This document shows positions 7,472 to 15,552 of a stretch of DNA of 18,443 nucleotides, piece by piece. Made by a program: the position numbers and the translations under genes. The stretch comes from Candidatus Heimdallarchaeota archaeon. GTDB lineage: Archaea > Asgardarchaeota > Heimdallarchaeia > Heimdallarchaeales > Heimdallarchaeaceae. Below the pieces are notes generated by a model, which made no database searches, had not been told where the DNA came from, and saw only the letters and a program-made list of their open reading frames with translations. The DNA lies in contig DXJF01000101.1 of assembly GCA_019057375.1 (NCBI GenBank), positions 1 to 18,443 of the forward strand, read 5' to 3'. Within the stretch, counting starts at the first letter, position 1. The number at the start of each line of letters is the position of its first letter.

Positions 7472-8434
7472 GTGTCTGGAATGAGTGAAGACCGCTGCCC
7501 AAATTGTAACTCCGAGGAAATTATTGATGACTACACCCGTGGTGAGTCTATTTGCAGTAATTGTGGGTTAGTGGTTTCTAAATTAATTGATACATCTCCT
7601 GAATGGAGAGCATTTTCAGGAGAAGAAAGAGCAGCTCGGAGTAGAACTGGTTCACCAATATCACCTCTAAAATCTGATTATGGTGTTTCATCTCAAATTA
7701 GTTTTGGTAACATGGATATTTTTGGCAAGAAACTAGACCCAAATGTCGTGGCAAAGATGAGAAGATTGAGATGGCTTAATAGAAGAGATTCTCGATCTCA
7801 AATCCGAAACCTAAGAATTGCTTTGAGAGAGTTGAAAAGAATAGTAAGTCAACTTGAGTTAAGTGATGAGATAGCGGAAGCAGCAGCTACTACTTATAGA
7901 AAAGCTTTGAAAGCGGATTTAATTCGTGGAAGAAGCATTGAATCGATGGTTGCAGCCGCAATATACATAGCAGCTCGTCAATATAACAATCCGACCACAC
8001 TTAAAGATATTGAAAAACATATCAGAGCAGACAAGAAAGTTATCGCTCGATGTTTCAGACTATATGTTCAGGAATTACATATTAAACCAACACCAATTGA
8101 TCCTGCAGTTTTACTCACTAAGTTATGTAATGAACTTGAATTAACAACCGCTACACAGAATGAAGCTTTGAAAATTCTAGAAGAGAGCAAATCAAGAAGA
8201 CTCGATATGGGTAAGAACCCATTAAGTGTCGCAGCAGCTGCAATATATATCGCAGGAATCAGAACTGGTGAAAGAAGAACTCAACAACAAGTTGCCAAAG
8301 TAGCAAAAACAACTCCAGTTACATTACGAAACCGATTCCGAGAAATAGTAGACTCTTTAGAATTAGCTAACGTAATCGTAAAAAGAGGAGCTGCATCAGC
8401 ACCTGTTTATGTTCGCGATCCATGGAAATTCTAA
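7472..8434 (+). CDS. tfb: Transcription initiation factor IIB (TFB)
   Basis: Zn ribbon CPNC-x18-CSNC, B-reader PEWRAF..RSRTG, two cyclin repeats (RGRSIESMVAAAIYIAAR; GKNPLSVAAAAIYIA) and C-terminal HTH RTQQQVA..TPVTLRNRFREI. The start may be ATG 7481. Confidence 0.96.
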   Translation: MSGMSEDRCPNCNSEEIIDDYTRGESICSNCGLVVSKLIDTSPEWRAFSGEERAARSRTGSPISPLKSDYGVSSQISFGNMDIFGKKLDPNVVAKMRRLRWLNRRDSRSQIRNLRIALRELKRIVSQLELSDEIAEAAATTYRKALKADLIRGRSIESMVAAAIYIAARQYNNPTTLKDIEKHIRADKKVIARCFRLYVQELHIKPTPIDPAVLLTKLCNELELTTATQNEALKILEESKSRRLDMGKNPLSVAAAAIYIAGIRTGERRTQQQVAKVAKTTPVTLRNRFREIVDSLELANVIVKRGAASAPVYVRDPWKF

Positions 8435-8437
8435 TAC

Positions 8438-8450
8438 TTCTTTCTTTTTC
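8438..8450 (+). terminator. Oligo-T/pyrimidine archaeal terminator after tfb
   Basis: TTCTTTCTTTTTC immediately after the TAA stop at 8434. Confidence 0.45.
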
Positions 8451-8527
8451 TAGTATTACCCTAATGTTATTACTGTATTAATCTGGTTTTATTAAGAGTA
8501 AACTTCTCATTAAATGGGTTAAACTCT

Positions 8528-8887
8528 ATGGTTATTAAGAGAAAGATTCTGAAAGATTCTAATATTAAACCAGAAGATACTCAAGTCAATTCACAACCTC
8601 CTGGAGTGAAATTTTACTCTCTAATTGATATTGTTAAAACTGATCGTATTATGGATGAAGTTAAGGAAGGAAATTTAATTTTCCTAAATATAAATAGAAT
8701 TTCAGCATGTCCTGAGAGGAAAAATGAATTTCTACAATCTCTGAAGAACACCTCAGCTGAACTTCATGCTACTTTGAAGATGGTATCCAATGAAACACTA
8801 ATGATTGCTCCATCTACTGTTCCTGTTGAGATAAGATCTTTGTCCCCAACTGGATTAAGAAATATCAAATTTAACTCCAAGGAATAA
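8528..8887 (+). CDS. sepF: Archaeal-type SepF (FtsZ membrane anchor) homolog
   Basis: Pattern SLIDIVKTDRIMDEVKEGNLIFLNI...FLQSLK...LMIAPSTVPVE matches the SepF core (i..el.eGniv.ldi...L....G.i......ivtP.gv.i). It has a short basic/hydrophobic N-terminus and the size fits (119 aa). Confidence 0.65.
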   Translation: MVIKRKILKDSNIKPEDTQVNSQPPGVKFYSLIDIVKTDRIMDEVKEGNLIFLNINRISACPERKNEFLQSLKNTSAELHATLKMVSNETLMIAPSTVPVEIRSLSPTGLRNIKFNSKE

Positions 8888-8915
8888 AAAAAGAAAGACC
8901 ATATTAGATTCTTAT

Positions 8916-11708
8916 TTAGCTTGAGTTTATTTTCAATTCAATTATCTTATCCACATTTAATATTAAATCTGCTAGTTTCTCTTTTTGTGGTCCTCCACCA
9001 ATTGCTAGTTCACCTTTTCCTCCACCTGAACCACCAACTAATTCTGACAATTCCTTAATTATTGAAACAATATCAACTTCTGAATTTTTACTCCTAGCTC
9101 CAACTAGAATTACTTTGTCCTCATCTGAAGAAATCAAAATACTTATTCCATTCTCAAAATTCTTGACTGCTTGAGTAGCTTGAACAATTAGCTCTTTTTG
9201 ATTTCCTGTTGTTTCTTTAACTAAAACATCAACATCCTTGATTTTCTTAGTTTTTATTTGAGTAGGAGAAAATTGCAACTCAGCGATTTTTTGGTTAAGA
9301 TTTTCAATTTCTTTCTTTTGTTCTTTCCATTCTTTAAAAAACCTATTTACAGTTTTAGGAAGTAGTTTAGGTTCTACACTAAGAATATTTGAAGATTCTT
9401 TGAGAATATTTTCTTGTTCTTGAATGTATTTCAGGGCTGGATTACCTGCAAGAATTTCCAGTCTCACTATTCCATCTTGGATTCTTTCACTACTAACAAG
9501 CTTAATGATTCCAATGTCACCAGTGCTATCTAGATGTGTACCACCACATGCTTCTATATCCCATTGATTAATGGACACGATGTGAAGTGTTTTTCCTGGA
9601 ACAACGCCACCTTGATAAATTTGGAAACCATAATTCCTTTCAGCTTCATCTCTATCTAAATCGGTTTTTAAAATTGATCGATTCTCGAATACCACTTGGT
9701 TAGCTAGATATTCAATCTTTTGCAATTCTTTTGCCTTTACAGAGTTGTAATGTGTTATGTCTAATCGAGCTTTGTGTTCAGTTTTATCTGCACCCGCTTG
9801 CCAAACATGATCCCCTAGAATTTCTTTTGCAGCAGTATTTACAACATGAACAGCTGTATGATGACGCATAATATCCATACGTCTTTTTCCATCAATTTCT
9901 CCTTCAACAGATTGACCTTTCTTGAGGTCACATTTTTCCTCTAGCTTATGAATGATTGTAGTTCCTTTTTTGAAAACATCAGTGACATGAAATTCTTTTC
10001 CATCTACACTTATAGTGCCAATATCGTGAATCTGTCCTCCACCTGTAGGATAGAATAGTGTTTTATCTAGTACAAGATATTTACCTTTTAGTACTGATTC
10101 TACTTTGGCTTCAAACTTCGTCTTATAGACATCTTCGTAGTATGAAGTTTGAGTAATATATTCTTCTTCTAATTCTAAAACGAGTTCATCCTTAGCTATT
10201 TTTTGCTTAGCTTTTTGCTGTGCAAGAATTTCTTCCGATTTAATATAGAAATCGTCTGGGACTTCAACATCCAATTTGTTTTCTTTAGCTAGTTCCTTGA
10301 CCATTAAAGGATTAATTCCATTGTTTTGATACAAATCTAAGAGTGTTTTAAAATCAAATTCATTCTTTTGTTGGATTAGTTTATTAACAATTCTTTTCCC
10401 TGATTTCTTAGTTTCTTCATATCGTTTAAGTTCTATATCGATTATCTTGAAGATATCCTCTCTATGCTCCTTTACTCTAGGATAAGAGACTGAAAGGTGA
10501 TCGATTTGAAGATCAAATAGTTTCTCAAATGAGAATTGTAGTCCATATAAACTTCTGAGAGCTTCTATTCTTCGCAAAAGAACTCTTAGGTTGTATCCAC
10601 CACCTACATTTGAAGGAATTGCTCCGTCAGCAATCGTCATAGATAGAGTTCTTGCATGGTCTGCAATTGCATATATCGCTTCTTGTGGTCCAAGAGCTTT
10701 TAACATTTCATCATATGTCATCCCTAGTTTCTTAGCCATTTGTCTTCTTTCTTCTCTCAAATCTTTGACTTCTTCCACTGCTAAAAGACCTGCAAGTATA
10801 TTGTATTCCACTAGTAGTTTATGATCTGGTTTGTAATCATTTTCTTTTTGCAAATAGTTTATGGCTTTTGGAAATATTGCCTCATATATTGAGGGCGTTC
10901 CTTGGGTGAACCATGATACTCTATCCAAACCCCAACCTACATCTATCACTTGCATATCAAGATTCTTTACTTTTCCATTATCGAATCCATAAGCGATAAA
11001 TACATTATTCACGACTTCTATTCCATAAGCCATAGCTTCCAAATTAGGTCCAAAGTTACCTCCACCTGCCCAAATGCCTTCCACATAAGATATTTCTTCA
11101 GGTTTAAGTCCTAATTCTCCAGTTAGATATTGGAAGTTCAAATCTAAGCATCTATCCATCCAATATCCATCAGTTAGTGTTTTAGAATTGAAAGAATGTT
11201 GTCCAAACATAACGAAACAAGTTAAATGTCTAGCTGTTTTTCCAATATTATCTATATCTGAGAATTCTCCACCTGTTCTAATACACATTTGGGGTACAAC
11301 TAGAGGATTTGCTGGAGGATCAACAACCCCTTCTAGAACCCAGGGTTGAAAATCAGCTATAGAGGCTATTGTAAAGTCCATATCAGCTCTCCATCTTGAT
11401 ACAACTGGATAATCCTTTATTGCCGTATGACCATTTTTTACAAAGAAATCTGTCAAACTTTTAATTGTTTGATCAAAGTCCATGTTCTTTCCTTTTTTGC
11501 CAATGAACTTATATCCTCCAGAACATCTGGTATCTCCACAGTTTTCTTGGTCTGGAATTAATGTCCAGAAATGGTGATTACAATGAGGACATTTCTTTCT
11601 GATAAAACCTTTTTCCTTGAATAGGTTAACTTCGTAGCTTTCCTTCTTGAATCTTTCTTTGAGTTGATCTTTTGATATGGACATTATTACTCTAGATGCC
11701 AAAACCAA
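8916..11708 (-). CDS. alaS: Alanine--tRNA ligase, archaeal type
   Basis: Archaeal N-terminal Zn motif CPHC..FWT..CGD..C, FTIASIADFQP, DVGWGLDR, editing motifs HHTAVH and EACGGTH, C-Ala GGGKGELAIGGG. The true start may be ATG 11684 (MSISKD). Confidence 0.97.
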   Translation of the reverse strand: MVLASRVIMSISKDQLKERFKKESYEVNLFKEKGFIRKKCPHCNHHFWTLIPDQENCGDTRCSGGYKFIGKKGKNMDFDQTIKSLTDFFVKNGHTAIKDYPVVSRWRADMDFTIASIADFQPWVLEGVVDPPANPLVVPQMCIRTGGEFSDIDNIGKTARHLTCFVMFGQHSFNSKTLTDGYWMDRCLDLNFQYLTGELGLKPEEISYVEGIWAGGGNFGPNLEAMAYGIEVVNNVFIAYGFDNGKVKNLDMQVIDVGWGLDRVSWFTQGTPSIYEAIFPKAINYLQKENDYKPDHKLLVEYNILAGLLAVEEVKDLREERRQMAKKLGMTYDEMLKALGPQEAIYAIADHARTLSMTIADGAIPSNVGGGYNLRVLLRRIEALRSLYGLQFSFEKLFDLQIDHLSVSYPRVKEHREDIFKIIDIELKRYEETKKSGKRIVNKLIQQKNEFDFKTLLDLYQNNGINPLMVKELAKENKLDVEVPDDFYIKSEEILAQQKAKQKIAKDELVLELEEEYITQTSYYEDVYKTKFEAKVESVLKGKYLVLDKTLFYPTGGGQIHDIGTISVDGKEFHVTDVFKKGTTIIHKLEEKCDLKKGQSVEGEIDGKRRMDIMRHHTAVHVVNTAAKEILGDHVWQAGADKTEHKARLDITHYNSVKAKELQKIEYLANQVVFENRSILKTDLDRDEAERNYGFQIYQGGVVPGKTLHIVSINQWDIEACGGTHLDSTGDIGIIKLVSSERIQDGIVRLEILAGNPALKYIQEQENILKESSNILSVEPKLLPKTVNRFFKEWKEQKKEIENLNQKIAELQFSPTQIKTKKIKDVDVLVKETTGNQKELIVQATQAVKNFENGISILISSDEDKVILVGARSKNSEVDIVSIIKELSELVGGSGGGKGELAIGGGPQKEKLADLILNVDKIIELKINSS

Positions 11709-11804
11709 CCCAAATATAATAAAATTTTGTATCTATAGGAAAATTTTCTATAAAATGAATATTAACTACAAAACTCTTTTAAGCGCCTTTTCCAGCCTTC
11801 TTTT

Positions 11805-12995
11805 ATGAAAGATGTCGAAATTAAGGAAGTATCGGGGGACGAATTAGATCCATTGCTCGAAATGGTTTTTTATGCTTTTTTTTCAACTCCTGGTGACATT
11901 GAAAGATTACTTAAGAACAAACATTACTTCAAAGAGGATTTGTGTTACGCAATTTATGAGGGTGATAACCCTGTTTCAGGATTAATGCTCAAACCTATCT
12001 TGCAAAATGTTCGAGGAACAATTAAAAAAATGTGCGGAGTCGCAGAAGTCGTTACAAATCCTGAAGCTAGAAGAAAGGGATATGCAAAGAAATTAATGGA
12101 TCTTTCATTCAAAAAGATGAAAGAAAAAGAACAAGTATTTTCTACCTTATATCCTTTCAAAGAGGAGTTTTACGAAAGATTAGGGTATGTTAGTTTTCCT
12201 CAATTAAGAACAGCTGTTTTCTCTCCTCAATCTTTGGCTCCTTTAATCAAAGAAGAACTAGATGGTACTGTAGAAAAAATCAACATCAAAGAAGGAATGG
12301 ATCAATATCTTGATTACATTAAGAAGTTTCAGCTTAAAACCCATGGGATGGGAATAAAACATGACACTGAACAAGCTAAGATGAAAGATGAAGCTGCTTA
12401 CTGGATTGCTATTGCAAAAAATAATAATGGTGAGGTTATAGGAATCATGACCTATAAAATCACTGGATTTTGGAAAGAAATTAAAATTAGACATTTTTAC
12501 TTTGATAATTCTCTTGGCAAATATCTGTTACTGCAATGGTTAGCTCACCATGCCGACCAAGTTAATGAAATTCATCTCCCTGTTCTTCCTGGAGATTTTC
12601 CTGAATTATGGTTTAATGATACATTTTGGGGTTCTAAGGGGAAAATAGTCAGTAGAGAATGGGTGCCCTCTTGTATGGGAAGAGTTGTAATTGTTGATCA
12701 AATGTCTGGAATTCATGTTGGAAAAGGAGCTATTTCGATAAAAATCAGAGATGAACAATGTGACTGGAATAACAAAATATACTCATTTGAGAGCGAAGAA
12801 AAAATTCTAGAAGTAGCTGAGACTGATCAATATGATTGTGAGTTATCAATTCAAGGATTATCTGCCATAATCTACGGGTGTTATAATCTGGATGACTTCC
12901 AATTTAAAAGATGGGGTAATTTAACAGAAGAAAATAAGCTAACACTAAAGAAACTCTTTCCACAAAAATTACCACATTTACATGCAGATTTCTAA
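11805..12995 (+). CDS. Eis-family GNAT acetyltransferase (tandem GNAT + SCP2-like C-terminal domain)
   Basis: Acetyl-CoA motif GVAEVVTNPEARRKGYAKKLM, STLYPFKEEFYERLGY, and C-terminal ELSIQGLSAIIYG..LFP typical of Eis-like proteins; 396 aa. Confidence 0.85.
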   Translation: MKDVEIKEVSGDELDPLLEMVFYAFFSTPGDIERLLKNKHYFKEDLCYAIYEGDNPVSGLMLKPILQNVRGTIKKMCGVAEVVTNPEARRKGYAKKLMDLSFKKMKEKEQVFSTLYPFKEEFYERLGYVSFPQLRTAVFSPQSLAPLIKEELDGTVEKINIKEGMDQYLDYIKKFQLKTHGMGIKHDTEQAKMKDEAAYWIAIAKNNNGEVIGIMTYKITGFWKEIKIRHFYFDNSLGKYLLLQWLAHHADQVNEIHLPVLPGDFPELWFNDTFWGSKGKIVSREWVPSCMGRVVIVDQMSGIHVGKGAISIKIRDEQCDWNNKIYSFESEEKILEVAETDQYDCELSIQGLSAIIYGCYNLDDFQFKRWGNLTEENKLTLKKLFPQKLPHLHADF

Positions 12996-13012
12996 TTAGA
13001 AATCTTCTCCTT

Positions 13013-14182
13013 TTACATTAAAGCTTCCCAAATATTTGGTGTAGAATCAGGATAAAAACTATCTATATCCTTTATTTCAATAACTATTTTTCCAGTATCC
13101 CCATGAATTGAATAAGGTATTCTACTTACTCTTTTAATGTCTGTAGATACAGCTCTATCAATTCTAGGGTATCTATTCAAGATTATGTCATTTGACATTT
13201 TCCTTCTAACTTTCCAATCATTTGGCATTATAATGTTATATTGATTATGATCAAAAGAAGTAGTCTCATTAACTTGAGTTTTTATTTTTCTAGCCTTAAG
13301 TTCTGTTAAACCAAAATCTTCAACTTCTAATTTTGTTATATTTTCTAGTTCACCAGAACAGTATTTGCATTTGATATTGCTATTTAGAATTCTTTTGTTT
13401 AGTGCAGCAAACCTTAGAACTTCTACTTTTTTTCCTGTTATTTCTTCTATCAATTCATAAGCTCTAAATTTAGACTTACAGCTTTGACATTGTAAGATAG
13501 GGTTATCCAAATCCACAAGAAAAGAGTGCTCAATGTAAGGTTTTACTAGAAGAGAAAAAATTCTGTTTCTGAGAGGTTTTGCTTCATTAGGAATTTCTTC
13601 TATAGATTGAGATCTGGTTTCGTCATGTATGAAGGTTAAATAGTTCAAAATTGAAACTCTTTGTTCATTATTTAGACCCTTTGATTCTTTATCTACTACC
13701 CATCCATGTACTCCTCTTCTACCTGAAAAAAACCATTTCATCTCCTTAAAACCAAAATCTTCTTTCATAGTTTCTTCAATAAATGCAACTGCATCTTGAA
13801 CTAAAGGCCAGCAGATTTTACAATAATCGTATTTACCGCAATCACATGATCTTACTAGATCATATTCGTTGATATCAATGTCAAAAATAAATTCTCTGTA
13901 CTTCCACTTGATAGAATGTATTCTATTATCTCTGGAAGGTGGTTTTTCATAAACTGAACCTACATAAGCATGCTGAACTGAATTAGAAACCATAAACTCT
14001 CTCAATTTTTTTGTATTTTCAAAAGATATGTTTCTTGTAAATCTATCATTAATAACAAACCCAAATTCTCTATTTTGAAAATCAGACAAACCTAGATAAG
14101 ACATAAAACTCTCTATAGGAAATTTCTTCTCATAATATTCAGACAGTAATTCTAATGTAACTTTCTCACTCATCTTCATCAC
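13013..14182 (-). CDS. priS: DNA primase catalytic (small) subunit, eukaryote-like, with an extra Zn-binding insertion
   Basis: REFGF, EFIFDID (catalytic DxD), CDC..CKIC Zn site, FSGRRGVHGW, IDRAVSTD..RIPYSIHGDTG. Overlaps the priL stop codon; the start could be ATG 14173. Confidence 0.95.
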   Translation of the reverse strand: MMKMSEKVTLELLSEYYEKKFPIESFMSYLGLSDFQNREFGFVINDRFTRNISFENTKKLREFMVSNSVQHAYVGSVYEKPPSRDNRIHSIKWKYREFIFDIDINEYDLVRSCDCGKYDYCKICWPLVQDAVAFIEETMKEDFGFKEMKWFFSGRRGVHGWVVDKESKGLNNEQRVSILNYLTFIHDETRSQSIEEIPNEAKPLRNRIFSLLVKPYIEHSFLVDLDNPILQCQSCKSKFRAYELIEEITGKKVEVLRFAALNKRILNSNIKCKYCSGELENITKLEVEDFGLTELKARKIKTQVNETTSFDHNQYNIIMPNDWKVRRKMSNDIILNRYPRIDRAVSTDIKRVSRIPYSIHGDTGKIVIEIKDIDSFYPDSTPNIWEALM

Positions 14183-15518
14183 TCCCCTTTACATCTTTTT
14201 CTTCCTCTTTCTTTGCATAGAATCTTTTGTAGGCTTGCCTAGTGAAACTTATCATCTGATTAATGTGATTTCCTCGTACAGTCCAATCAGTTAATAATGT
14301 AAAAAATCTCGCACATGCTCTTTGATACTGTTGACCATTTAATAATTTGGAAATATCTTCTATAGCCTTTTCAACAACTTCTTCCTTTCTATCTTCAAAA
14401 CGTGTTTTTATGTCTTCAATAATTTTTGCACTTTCTTTATGTGCCCAGTAACAATAATAATTATTAATACAAGTTTTACAGCTTGGAGGGTTATAATCGA
14501 CTTCACGACCAACTTTACCATAAATATGTAGAATTTGATAGCTAACCCTCTGTTTAAACTCCTCAAAAGAAATTCCAATATTATCTACTGAGTTTTCATA
14601 CCAAAATCTCTGTTGTTCTTCAACTGACATGCCAGCTCTTTTTAGAAAAGTTCCCAACTGCCAATTTTCTAAATGAGCAAGATGACCTTCTGATTTAAGA
14701 ATCCCAATTAGCTCCTGAATACATGGTGGAAATAATTCGGTTTTAGAAAGGATTTCTACTTCCTCTTCTATGCCTAAACTAAGGTAATCTTTCGATAATC
14801 TTGTAGATCTAGCAATCTCTTCTACTCTGTTAAATATAGGTTTAATAGCATTTTTTAATCCTTCATCTTGTTCGACAAGTCCTTTGGATTTCTCAATAAC
14901 CTCTCTCAGCTGTTTCTCAAACTCTCTTTTGACTGCAAGGCGTAAGTCCGCAAGAGTAACAATACCCCATCCTTTGTAGAGAAGTACTCTTTTTGCTGAA
15001 ACTATTGAGGGTATTTTTGTGTAATGAATAGCTACTTTTCTGTTAAGGTCAGTAGCACTTGTTCCATATTTGCTTTTAGCGTATTTTACAGATCTTGTAT
15101 CGACTTCCGCAATATTGAATCTTCTGTAAATATCTATACCAAACAAGCTATTAATTTCACTGATTAACTTAACGTTTTCTTGAGAATAAAGTTCTCTTAA
15201 CACACTTACTTTTTGTTCAAAACTTGAACTGCTGATAAAACGAAATTCAAATAGATCCCCCTCAACCTCTATCAACCAGGATGTTAATCGTGGATCTAGG
15301 GAAACTGCAAGTTTAAGTGAAGTGTGTCCTCCAAATTCCTCTACTTTCGACTGAAACCATTCATCTTCAGACATCCATGTAGGTTGAGTTATTATCCATA
15401 AATCTTCAGAAATCAGACGATCTAAGCGAGTATTAGCATAAATATTCCAGCTTTCAATATCTATAGATATATCTCCAGGATCTTTTAAAACAAACCAGTC
15501 AGGAATTTCAGTCGACAT
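14166..15518 (-). CDS. priL: DNA primase large subunit with Fe-S domain, p58-like
   Basis: FPPC, HLAHLENWQLGTFLKRAG, YQILHIYG, YNPPSC, YYCYW, YQRACARFF. Directly upstream of and overlapping priS. AAAGGA ribosome-binding-like sequence upstream of ATG 15518. Confidence 0.93.
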   Translation of the reverse strand: MSTEIPDWFVLKDPGDISIDIESWNIYANTRLDRLISEDLWIITQPTWMSEDEWFQSKVEEFGGHTSLKLAVSLDPRLTSWLIEVEGDLFEFRFISSSSFEQKVSVLRELYSQENVKLISEINSLFGIDIYRRFNIAEVDTRSVKYAKSKYGTSATDLNRKVAIHYTKIPSIVSAKRVLLYKGWGIVTLADLRLAVKREFEKQLREVIEKSKGLVEQDEGLKNAIKPIFNRVEEIARSTRLSKDYLSLGIEEEVEILSKTELFPPCIQELIGILKSEGHLAHLENWQLGTFLKRAGMSVEEQQRFWYENSVDNIGISFEEFKQRVSYQILHIYGKVGREVDYNPPSCKTCINNYYCYWAHKESAKIIEDIKTRFEDRKEEVVEKAIEDISKLLNGQQYQRACARFFTLLTDWTVRGNHINQMISFTRQAYKRFYAKKEEEKDVKGSDEDE

Positions 15519-15552
15519 GATTTTTCCTTTCTTTAATACTTACATAACGGTA

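Noticed and set aside
11560-11620. Cys-rich N-terminal Zn motif of AlaRS as a novelty or as donor of the PriS insert
   Set aside because: It is a standard feature of archaeal AlaRS, and its spacing and sequence differ from the CxxC-x36-CxxC insert in PriS.
13337-13525. PriS insert as a mini-intein or mobile-element scar
   Set aside because: It is too short, has no N-terminal Cys/Ser splice junction with a C-terminal His-Asn, and shows no terminal repeats or target-site duplication at the DNA level.
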